NCBI GenBank assembly: GCA_945883545.1
Contig: CAMCXT010000008.1
Span: forward strand, 7,396 to 71,395
Reading direction: 5' to 3'
DNA length: 64,000 nt
DNA from: Chitinophaga pinensis
Lineage (GTDB): Bacteria > Bacteroidota > Bacteroidia > M30B66
In this document: positions 1-8,161 of the stretch, piece after piece
How the letters are laid out: each line of letters begins with the position of its first letter
Position numbering within the stretch: position 1 is the stretch's first letter
Program-made: the position numbers and the translations under genes
Notes under the pieces: generated by a model
The model's input: only the letters and a program-made list of their open reading frames with translations
Database searches by the model: none
Told to the model about the DNA's origin: nothing

Positions 1-2
1 AT

Positions 3-251
3 TTGATGGATCATCTATTTATTCCATTTCTGGATGCTACAAATGGCGAAACAACCTATGAAGGCGGGCGCTACATAGACATCAACATTTCAGATATAAG
101 TTTAAATAAAGCAACAATCGACTTTAATCTCTGTTACAACCCTTACTGCGCCTACAGCAGTGGATACAATTGTCCTATACCTCCAGCAGAGAATAGATTA
201 AAAATTCCGATCAATGCGGGAGAAAAAAAGTGGACCAAAAGCGATCATTAA
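3..251 (+). CDS. DUF1684-like protein, C-terminal part (5' end cut by window edge)
   Basis: ORF runs off the left edge. GGRYID...DFN.CYNPYCAYS..YNCP.PP.ENRL...I.AGEK matches my memory of the DUF1684 C-terminus. Confidence 0.55.
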   Translation: MMDHLFIPFLDATNGETTYEGGRYIDINISDISLNKATIDFNLCYNPYCAYSSGYNCPIPPAENRLKIPINAGEKKWTKSDH

Positions 252-279
252 AATTTAAATAGCACGCATCTTGTTTCCC

Positions 280-621
280 CTAGCTTCGTTGGTTACCTCG
301 GCCAAGCCAAGAACTTCCATGAGCGGAGGAACATACATACCATCCTTTTACTGGATTTGATTCAGACCGTCCCCAGAATTCAACAGTTCCTGCTTTTGCT
401 TCCTTTTGTTCGTCGGCACTTCCTAATTCCATCCAATCTCCGTGTGACTTAAGCATTGCATGCAAATCAGCTATGCATTTAAAATCATACAATAAGGTTG
501 TCTTTCCAACTACACATACAATAACTTTTTTCCCATCTTTTTCCTCTATATACATTTCATATTCAGAGGAGAGTGGCGGAGTTTTAAGTTTCCAAGGATT
601 TTCTTTTGTTCCTATTTCCAT
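280..621 (-). CDS. Small conserved hypothetical protein (NPWKLKTPP...HGDWMELGSADEQK family); 3' end possibly frameshifted
   Basis: 113-aa ORF. A family-like C-terminal peptide continues in another frame down to 255 (see finding). Confidence 0.5.
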   Translation of the reverse strand: MEIGTKENPWKLKTPPLSSEYEMYIEEKDGKKVIVCVVGKTTLLYDFKCIADLHAMLKSHGDWMELGSADEQKEAKAGTVEFWGRSESNPVKGWYVCSSAHGSSWLGRGNQRS

Positions 622-654
622 AGAATGTAATTTGAAATAATTATTAAATGAAAT

Positions 655-1062
655 TTACAAACGAATATCATATACATCGCGCTCATTCCTTAATAAATTG
701 GGATAATAAAATCCACCTGGTTGAGGAATAATTTCTGCCAAATCGAACAACAAAGTATCTTTTGGCAACGACTCAAAAATCAAAGTAAATGAATAAGGGA
801 AATTTGCTTTTACTTCAGTCCAAACTGGTGCCAAAGAAATATTCTCCGCGTGCAACAAACGACTTTTATGCGAAGATGTTCTTGATACCAAATAGGTAGT
901 TCTCCAAACTCGAATTGCATATTCTTCGGGTTGTGGCGGACAAAAAACATGAACAATTACTTGCCCTTGTTCTTCTGTTTGTTGGAGCAATGTAATTAAA
1001 GCATCCGGACTAACTAGGTTCTTCCTTGTTTTAACCTTAACAGGTTCAATGATCAAAGGCAT
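655..1062 (-). CDS. Hypothetical protein, paralogue of the two small proteins in the WYL cassette (54192-54611, 55771-56163)
   Basis: 135-aa ORF. Segment ...FTLIFESLPKDTLLFDLAEIIP...FYYPNL aligns with ...FSLLFESIPLKDCVIDIIEE...FNFYNI of the other two. Confidence 0.6.
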   Translation of the reverse strand: MPLIIEPVKVKTRKNLVSPDALITLLQQTEEQGQVIVHVFCPPQPEEYAIRVWRTTYLVSRTSSHKSRLLHAENISLAPVWTEVKANFPYSFTLIFESLPKDTLLFDLAEIIPQPGGFYYPNLLRNERDVYDIRL

Positions 1063-1115
1063 AATTCACTTTTTACAAATATTATAGTTAAAATTATTCG
1101 CACTTTAAAGTCAAT

Positions 1116-1538
1116 TTAGATTGATTCTTTTAGCCTTTCAATCAAACGAGCTCCAAGCCAAGCGCATGGGATATATGCAAATACAAGATCAATAACATTA
1201 AACCACATTGGTGCTGGTAAAATACACACCATCCAAATTCCACCAAAAAGGAATACAAAACCAATCACCAAAGCTAATTTTAATTGATTGTTTACCGCAA
1301 TTAAAGCTGCTAATATGGCCCCGCTTAATGTACCTAATGCATGTGCTAAAAAAGGGAAAATAAAATGTTTAGGCTCTAGGAAGGGCATCGATGCTTTCAA
1401 GCCTGCTTCAGTAGTTAGATCAAAACCTTCTGGTGGAGGAATAATTGAACCCGATATATTGATCAGGCTCATGTTAACGATACCTCCAACAAAAACCCCA
1501 ACTAAAACAGCAAGTATATTTCTAATGATTGATTTCAT
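1116..1538 (-). CDS. Small integral membrane protein (about 4 TM), unknown function
   Basis: 140-aa ORF with hydrophobic helices. The antisense ORF 1288-1557 was rejected. Confidence 0.6.
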   Translation of the reverse strand: MKSIIRNILAVLVGVFVGGIVNMSLINISGSIIPPPEGFDLTTEAGLKASMPFLEPKHFIFPFLAHALGTLSGAILAALIAVNNQLKLALVIGFVFLFGGIWMVCILPAPMWFNVIDLVFAYIPCAWLGARLIERLKESI

Positions 1539-1656
1539 TCACATTGATTTGATGTAAAGGTAACCTTTTGATTTCAAACCAAACAAGCACATTATTGCTA
1601 TTAAATTTTCAACTTATAGCAATTTTAATAAGTAAATTCAAATAAATTTAAAATGA

Positions 1657-2288
1657 ATTTAATTTATCCGTCTCAAGCCGATTATAATCGATTATATCCG
1701 TTTAAAACCGGATAACCATCTCTTTTTTCTTTTCCTTGCAACGGGGAGGGGTTGATGGTGTTCCCAACAAAAAATTCAAACCATGGTCAAGTAAAAAGTA
1801 TCAACAAGTGCTGTGAATTCTAAACTCTCCGCTTTAGCAATATTATCCAATTGCATAAATCTTCAACCAGCAACTCAAACCACAACTTGATTTAATTTAT
1901 CCGTCTCAAGCCGATTATAATCGATTATATCCGTTTAAAATCGGATAATCATCTCTTTTTTCTTTTCCTTGCAACGGGGAGGGGCCGATGGTGTTCCTAA
2001 TAAAAAAAATTCAAACCACTGTCAAGCAAAAAGTATCAACAAGTGCTGTGAATTCTAAACTCTCCGCTTTATCAATATTATCCAATTGCATAAATCTTTA
2101 ACCAGCAACTCAAACCACAACTTGATTTAATTTATCCGTCTCAAGCCGATTATAATCGATTATATCCGTTTAAAATCGGATAACCATCTCTTTTTTCTTT
2201 TCCTTGCAACGGGGAGGGGCCGATGGTGTTCCCAACAAAAAAACAAAACCACTGTCAAGCAAAAAGTATCAACAAGTGCAGTGAATTC
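1657..2288. repeat. Tandem array 1: three head-to-tail copies (period 233/235 bp) of a non-coding element; the last copy has the ~164-nt core only
   Basis: Units start at 1657, 1890 and 2125 with ATTTAATTTATCCGTCTCAAGCCG and are near identical. No conserved ORF. Confidence 0.92.
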
Positions 2289-2366
2289 AAGCCAATGTAA
2301 ATTCCGCAAACCTTATTGAAATTAAAATGGTTTGTAATACCTTACTCCCAAAATCAACTACTCCAA

Positions 2367-3794
2367 GTGAATATCCTACATATTGCTGCAGAATGCTATC
2401 CAGCCGCTAAAGCAGGCGGATTAGGCGATGTTGTTGGCGCATTACCCAAATACCTCAATCAAGCTGGACACAAAGCCGCTGTGCTCATTCCTGGTTACCG
2501 ACAAAAATGGATCATCAACCAGCCTTTCGAACACATTTGGAGCGGACTCGTTCGCTTGGGCGACATTAAAATCCCCGTACATATTCGCCGCCACACTGGC
2601 GATTCACTTGGTTTCGAATTACTCATCGCTGATATTCCTGGTCTTTTCGATCGTGAAGGAATCTACACCGATCCGCAATCTGGCTTTGGTTATTCCGATG
2701 AAACCGAGCGATATATTGTATTTCAGCAATGTGCCTTGCAGTATATCCAATCGCTCGACCAAAAGCCCAATGTTATTCATTGCCACGATCACCACACAGG
2801 ACTCATTCCCTTTATGGTGAAACATTGCCCTGAATTCAGAAACCTTTCCCACATTCCTGCCATTTTCACCATCCACAATGGAGTATATCATGGTTCTTTC
2901 GGATGGTCAAAAGCCTGGATACTCCCATGGTATGATGCCGATGCCAACGGACTCCTCGATTGGGCCGGAAATATCAATCCGCTAGCTTGCGGCATCAAAT
3001 GCTGCTGGAAACTCACAACCGTTTCTCCTGGATATTTGCTAGAGTTGCTAGCGTCTTCAAATGGTCTTGAATGGCTTATTAGAAACGAATTGCCTAAATC
3101 GCAAGGCATTCTCAACGGTATCGATACTCAGGTTTGGGACCCCGAATCAGATCCACTCATCGAAAACCGATTTTACAACGATATCAGCAGGTTTAAGTCA
3201 GACAACAAAGCCGTTCTCAGGAAACGTTTCGACATTCATGCCGATCAACCGCTCATCACTTTTATCGGTCGCTTGGTAGCGGAAAAAGGAGCCGATCTCC
3301 TGCCTGATGCCATTGCAAAATTCCTCCACGAAGGTGGAAAAGCCTCATTTGTAGTGCTTGGAACTGGCGATCCAAATCTAAAAGATGCCTTTCTTACCAT
3401 GAAGCATCATTTTACCTCTTGGTTCGATACTTCCATCGAATACAACGAAGCTCTTTCACATCAACTCTACGCTGGAAGCGACTTCCTTGTAATGCCTTCC
3501 CGAGTTGAACCTTGCGGACTAAATCAACTCTACGCTTTCCGATATGGTACTATCCCAATCGTTAGGGCTACAGGCGGTTTAGCAGATACTGTTACAGATG
3601 TTTCACAACCAAACGGAAATGGAATTCGATTCGACCACTTCTCAGTGGATGCCCTTGCCGCAAGTTTTCATCGAGCCACTGCAGTTTATCATCATCCTGA
3701 AGCCATGAACCAACTTCGAGCACACAACATGAGTCTCGATTATAGCTGGGAAAAAGCAGCCAATTCATACATTCATATATATCAAAGCACATAA
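2367..3794 (+). CDS. glgA: Glycogen synthase (ADP-glucose type)
   Basis: ILHIAAECYPAAKAGGLGDVVGALPK N-terminal motif and full-length GT5-like sequence. The ORF opens at TTG 2316; GTG 2367 fits the family N-terminus better. Confidence 0.9.
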   Translation: MNILHIAAECYPAAKAGGLGDVVGALPKYLNQAGHKAAVLIPGYRQKWIINQPFEHIWSGLVRLGDIKIPVHIRRHTGDSLGFELLIADIPGLFDREGIYTDPQSGFGYSDETERYIVFQQCALQYIQSLDQKPNVIHCHDHHTGLIPFMVKHCPEFRNLSHIPAIFTIHNGVYHGSFGWSKAWILPWYDADANGLLDWAGNINPLACGIKCCWKLTTVSPGYLLELLASSNGLEWLIRNELPKSQGILNGIDTQVWDPESDPLIENRFYNDISRFKSDNKAVLRKRFDIHADQPLITFIGRLVAEKGADLLPDAIAKFLHEGGKASFVVLGTGDPNLKDAFLTMKHHFTSWFDTSIEYNEALSHQLYAGSDFLVMPSRVEPCGLNQLYAFRYGTIPIVRATGGLADTVTDVSQPNGNGIRFDHFSVDALAASFHRATAVYHHPEAMNQLRAHNMSLDYSWEKAANSYIHIYQST

Positions 3795-3799
3795 CATTT

Positions 3800-5080
3800 A
3801 TGAGCGCAATTATTAAAATGGTATGCCTGATTTTAGGCGGTGGACAAGGAAGCAGATTGTATCCTCTTACATCAAGTCGATCAAAACCTGCCGTTCCAAT
3901 TGGAGGGAAATACCGTCTCATCGATATCCCAATTTCAAACTGTATCAATTCTGGCGTTCGCCGGATGTTTGTCCTTACTCAGTTCAACTCCGCGTCGCTG
4001 AACCGACACATCAAAAATACCTATCAATTCGATAGCTTCAGTCCAGGATTTGTGGATATCCTTGCTGCTGAACAAACACCCGGTTCCGACAAATGGTTCC
4101 AAGGAACAGCCGATGCGGTGCGCCAAAGCATGCATCACCTCAGTTCACATGAGTACGATTATGTACTTATTCTGAGCGGTGATCAACTGTACCAGATGGA
4201 TTTTAAGCAAATGGCCGAATTCCACATTTCACAAAAAGCGGATCTCACCATAGCCACAATTCCAGTGGTAGCTAAGGAAGCCTCCGAATTCGGAATCATG
4301 AAAGTGGATAAAAAAGGATACATCAGCTCATTCATCGAAAAACCAGCTGCTCCACTCCTACCCGACTGGACTTCCCCCGTCCAAAACACACTCAAGAAAA
4401 AAGGTCGCGAATACCTCGCTTCTATGGGTATCTATATTTTCAAAAAAGAAGCACTCGAGAAACTGTTCGAAGATCATCCCGACGCAACCGACTTTGGGAA
4501 AGCCATCATCCCTGCTGCAATTCAATCAGGATATAGTGTTGCTTCATACCAATTTGATGATTATTGGACCGACATCGGAAATATCCGCTCCTTCTATGAA
4601 GCAAATTTGGAACTGTGTGGAGATATCCCTCGGTACAATTTGTTCGATAACCACAAACGCGTTTTTACACGCTCTCGCGCATTGGCTCCATCGAAATTCT
4701 TCGGAACAAGACTCAACAAATCGATCGTGGCCGAAGGATGCATCATTCATGCTAAACTAATCGATTACAGCCTGATCGGAATCCGTTCAAGAATTGGTGC
4801 CAAAACAGTGGTAAAAAATTCAATTGTGATGGGAAATGACTTCTATCAAACGCTCGAAGAAATCGTCCACAAGAAGGGCGAAATCCATGTTGGAATTGGT
4901 AAAAATTGCCACATCGAACAAGCCATCATCGACAAAGATTGCCGCATCGGCGACAACGTAGTGATCAAAGGAGGCGATCATCTTCAAAATATTGAAACCG
5001 AAATGTATTGCATTGTTGATGGAATCATTGTGGTGAAGAAAAAAGCAATCATCCCAAGTGGGTCGAAAATCGGCGCATAG
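3800..5080 (+). CDS. glgC: Glucose-1-phosphate adenylyltransferase
   Basis: LILGGGQGSRLYPLT...SKPAVPIGGKYRLIDIPISNC motif, 426 aa, directly downstream of glgA. Confidence 0.93.
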   Translation: MSAIIKMVCLILGGGQGSRLYPLTSSRSKPAVPIGGKYRLIDIPISNCINSGVRRMFVLTQFNSASLNRHIKNTYQFDSFSPGFVDILAAEQTPGSDKWFQGTADAVRQSMHHLSSHEYDYVLILSGDQLYQMDFKQMAEFHISQKADLTIATIPVVAKEASEFGIMKVDKKGYISSFIEKPAAPLLPDWTSPVQNTLKKKGREYLASMGIYIFKKEALEKLFEDHPDATDFGKAIIPAAIQSGYSVASYQFDDYWTDIGNIRSFYEANLELCGDIPRYNLFDNHKRVFTRSRALAPSKFFGTRLNKSIVAEGCIIHAKLIDYSLIGIRSRIGAKTVVKNSIVMGNDFYQTLEEIVHKKGEIHVGIGKNCHIEQAIIDKDCRIGDNVVIKGGDHLQNIETEMYCIVDGIIVVKKKAIIPSGSKIGA

Positions 5081-5130
5081 AATCTAGTTTTTAGACTTAT
5101 CTAAATTTATTTTTCGCAAGATAAAAATCC

Positions 5131-5138
5131 TATCTTTG
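5131..5138 (+). promoter_or_regulatory. Candidate Bacteroidota -7 promoter element (TATCTTTG = TAnnTTTG) upstream of the metal ABC operon
   Basis: Exact match to TAnnTTTG about 20 nt upstream of ATG 5158. AGATA-N7-TATCT inverted repeat overlaps it. Confidence 0.3.
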
Positions 5139-5157
5139 TGTTGAAATTGATTTGGGT

Positions 5158-6075
5158 ATGAAGTTGATTAAAAGTCTATTGATTTTCCTCCCGTTGCTGA
5201 TTCTTGCATCTTGCGGTAACACAGCTAACCCTAGCGGGGGAAAGAAAAAGATCGTAGTAACCACCGGCATGGTAGGTGATGCTGTAAAAAACCTTGTTGG
5301 CGATATCGCAGAAGTGGAAGTTCTGATGGGTGCTGGAGTAGATCCTCACCTGTACAAAGCTTCCCAGGGCGACATGGAAAAGCTCTCGAAAGCCGATATA
5401 ATCGTTTACAACGGTCACCATTTGGAAGGTAAAATGACAGAGGTGTTCGAAAAAATGCGTCGCAACAAGCCTGTTATTCCATTGGCAGAACTTGTTCATG
5501 AAAACCGCTACCAGCGTGCGCAAGAAGGCAGCAATATGATTGATCCACATATCTGGATGGACATCAAATCGTGGTCAACTGGAATTAGCAATCTCCGGGA
5601 AGATCTTATCGATCTATTCCCTAACGATTCGGCAAAGATTGAAAGCAACCACGACCAATATCAAAAGGAGCTCATCAAAACAGATTACCAAATTGAGCTC
5701 TTGATAGGTTCAATACCAACAAACCAAAGGGTAATCATTACCTCGCACGATGCATTTCGATATTTTGGATTGAATTATGGCATCGAAGTGAAAGGCTTAC
5801 AAGGCGTTTCAACTGTTTCCGAATATGGGCTGCGCGATGTAAGCGATATGGTGAATTTCATTGTGAACCGAAAAATCAAAGCTGTGTTCGTTGAAAGTTC
5901 AGTTTCGGATAAATCATTGCAAGCCGTGATTGAAGGATGCGCAAAAAAAGGCCATCAAGTGGTAATTGGAGGAAAGCTACACTCTGATGCCCTCGGAGCA
6001 GAAGGAACGCCCGAAGGTACTTACTGCGGAATGCTGCTTCACAATGCCCGAACAATCCAAAAAGCCCTGAAATAA
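5158..6075 (+). CDS. Metal (Mn/Zn/Fe) ABC transporter substrate-binding lipoprotein, ZnuA/TroA family
   Basis: Lipobox LILASCGN. DPHLY...DPHIW...SHDAF motifs typical of cluster A-I SBPs. Confidence 0.85.
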   Translation: MKLIKSLLIFLPLLILASCGNTANPSGGKKKIVVTTGMVGDAVKNLVGDIAEVEVLMGAGVDPHLYKASQGDMEKLSKADIIVYNGHHLEGKMTEVFEKMRRNKPVIPLAELVHENRYQRAQEGSNMIDPHIWMDIKSWSTGISNLREDLIDLFPNDSAKIESNHDQYQKELIKTDYQIELLIGSIPTNQRVIITSHDAFRYFGLNYGIEVKGLQGVSTVSEYGLRDVSDMVNFIVNRKIKAVFVESSVSDKSLQAVIEGCAKKGHQVVIGGKLHSDALGAEGTPEGTYCGMLLHNARTIQKALK

Positions 6076-6077
6076 GC

Positions 6078-6866
6078 ATGATCATCAACGTTCAGGATCC
6101 TTCGCTCGAAGCACACAATCTCACAGTTATTTACCACAGGAAACCAGTACTTTGGAACATCGATTTTTCCCTTCCCAAAGGTGAAATCATCGGAATCATG
6201 GGACCAAACGGCGCGGGCAAATCAACCCTCATCAAAGCCATTCTCGAACTCGCTCCATTGAATTCTGGATATTCAAAAATCTTCGGAAAATCCCTAAACG
6301 AAGTACGAAAGAAAGTAAGCTATATCCCACAACGTCAAACCATTGATTGGGATTTCCCCGCATCCGTCTCCGATGTAGTCATGATGGGAAGATACCCTTC
6401 ATTAGGGCTCTTTAAACGCATCACCAAAAGCGACCGCGAAATCGTGCGCCTTGCACTCGAACAGGTGAACATGACCGAATACGCCAATCGTCAAATTTCA
6501 CAGCTTTCAGGTGGCCAACAACAGCGCGTGTTTTTAGCTCGTGCCTTAGCTCAACAGGCAGATTTGTATTTATTGGATGAACCTTTTGTAGGTGTCGACG
6601 CATCCACCGAGGCAGCTATCATGCAACTGCTTCGAACCATGAAAAACGAAGGCAAAACCATTGTTGTAGTCCACCACGATTTGCACACAGCTGCCGAATA
6701 TTTCAATTGGTTGGTGCTCATCAATGCTTCACTCATTGCAAGCGGCCCTACCGAAAAAGTTTTCACCGACGAACTTCTTCGAAACACCTACAGCGGCAAA
6801 CTTACCGTGCTATCACAAGTGGGCGATGTAATGCGTGAACAGAATTTCCCGGTGCGCGAAAAATGA
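6078..6866 (+). CDS. Metal ABC transporter ATP-binding protein
   Basis: Walker A GPNGAGKST, signature LSGGQQQR, Walker B LYLLDEP. Confidence 0.9.
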   Translation: MIINVQDPSLEAHNLTVIYHRKPVLWNIDFSLPKGEIIGIMGPNGAGKSTLIKAILELAPLNSGYSKIFGKSLNEVRKKVSYIPQRQTIDWDFPASVSDVVMMGRYPSLGLFKRITKSDREIVRLALEQVNMTEYANRQISQLSGGQQQRVFLARALAQQADLYLLDEPFVGVDASTEAAIMQLLRTMKNEGKTIVVVHHDLHTAAEYFNWLVLINASLIASGPTEKVFTDELLRNTYSGKLTVLSQVGDVMREQNFPVREK

Positions 6867-8161
6867 CCTCAGATCAATTTATCGGATTTTTACTTCTCGA
6901 AGAGCCCAACGTTCGGATGGTCGTTGCAGGAACACTTTTGCTCTGCGGAATGGCAGCATTGGTAGGCTGTTTCACCTTTCTTAGGAAACGTTCATTAGTA
7001 GGTGATGCCGTTTCTCACAGCGTGCTGCCAGGAATTTGCATGGCGTTCCTCCTCAGTGGAGAAAAAAATCCAATCATCTTGCTTCTTGGTGCTTTAGCAA
7101 CAGGATTACTTTCGCTGATTTTGATGGAAGTCTTAAGTAGAAACAGACTCACACGACCTGATACTGCTATTTCATTGATGCTTTCGTTTTTCTTCGGATT
7201 GGGCATTCTTTTACTCACCTACATTCAACACCAAGGAAATGCAGCACAGGCAGGACTCGACAAATTCATTTTCGGCAAAGCAGCATCAATCACTGAAGCC
7301 GATTTAAGGCTATTTCTTTTCTCAGGAATATTCATCACTGCTTCTGTAGCAATCTTATTAAGAGGATTTTACTTGATTTCCTTCGATGAGGATTTTGCAC
7401 GTGCAACTGGATTCCCCATCAAGTTCTTGAGACTATCGTTGTCGGTACTTACCGTGTGGACTGTCGCCATTGGTATTCAAGCAGTTGGAGTGGTTTTAAT
7501 GGCTGCTTTGCTCATCACGCCTGCTCTTGCGGCTCGCTTTTGGACCCATTCGATTGGGAGGATGCTTGTTATTGCTGCCCTTTTCGGGATGATTGCAGGT
7601 TATACCGGATCGTTTGTTTCTTACCTAGCTCCAGCCATGCCAACCGGCCCGTGGATAGTTGTAATGGCGACTTTCATTGCCATTGTATCGATGTTTCTTG
7701 CTCCTGGCAGAGGATTGTTGGCACGTTGGAACACCCGAAGTAAAAACCGAGAAAAAACACTGTTGGAGAATATCCTGAAACTCTTCTACCAAATCGGTGA
7801 AAAGTCAGGGCAATTGCAAGGAAACATCCTTGAAGAAGATCTCCTCAACCATCGAGCATTTGGGCACGATGAACTTCGTAAAGGATTGAAACGGTTAACC
7901 TCCAAAAATCTTCTGGAATCGAACCTGCTAACTTATCGCCTCACCAACCAAGGATTGCTAGAAGCACAAAGAATCGTTCGCTTACACCGCTTGTGGGAGT
8001 TGTACTTACAACGTTATCTGCACCTTGAACCTGATCATGTGCACGATGATGCTGAAGCGATGGAGCACGTGATCACTCCTGAAATCGAAGCCCAACTGGA
8101 GCTCATTCTCGGCAATCCAGAAACAGATCCTCACAATACCATTATTCCTCCGAAGGCATGA
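6863..8161 (+). CDS. Metal ABC transporter permease (ABC-3 family) fused to a C-terminal DtxR/MntR-like repressor domain
   Basis: About 285 aa of TM permease, then ...RLTNQGLLEAQRIVRLHRLWELYL...HVHDDAEAMEHVITPE...DPHNTIIP, i.e. the DtxR-family wHTH end plus metal-binding/dimerisation motifs. ATGA overlap with the ATPase gene. Confidence 0.85.
   Translation: MTSDQFIGFLLLEEPNVRMVVAGTLLLCGMAALVGCFTFLRKRSLVGDAVSHSVLPGICMAFLLSGEKNPIILLLGALATGLLSLILMEVLSRNRLTRPDTAISLMLSFFFGLGILLLTYIQHQGNAAQAGLDKFIFGKAASITEADLRLFLFSGIFITASVAILLRGFYLISFDEDFARATGFPIKFLRLSLSVLTVWTVAIGIQAVGVVLMAALLITPALAARFWTHSIGRMLVIAALFGMIAGYTGSFVSYLAPAMPTGPWIVVMATFIAIVSMFLAPGRGLLARWNTRSKNREKTLLENILKLFYQIGEKSGQLQGNILEEDLLNHRAFGHDELRKGLKRLTSKNLLESNLLTYRLTNQGLLEAQRIVRLHRLWELYLQRYLHLEPDHVHDDAEAMEHVITPEIEAQLELILGNPETDPHNTIIPPKA

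Noticed and set aside
1657-2288. Possible CRISPR array (regular repeats in a non-coding gap)
   Set aside because: The period is ~234 bp and the inter-core segments are themselves conserved between units, so there are no unique spacers. No cas genes are in the window. The same reasoning applies to 46582-46956.
2428-3279. ORFs 2428-2820(+), 2619-2891(-), 2888-3115(-) and 3061-3279(+)
   Set aside because: These are embedded in glgA, whose frame has clear family motifs along its entire length.
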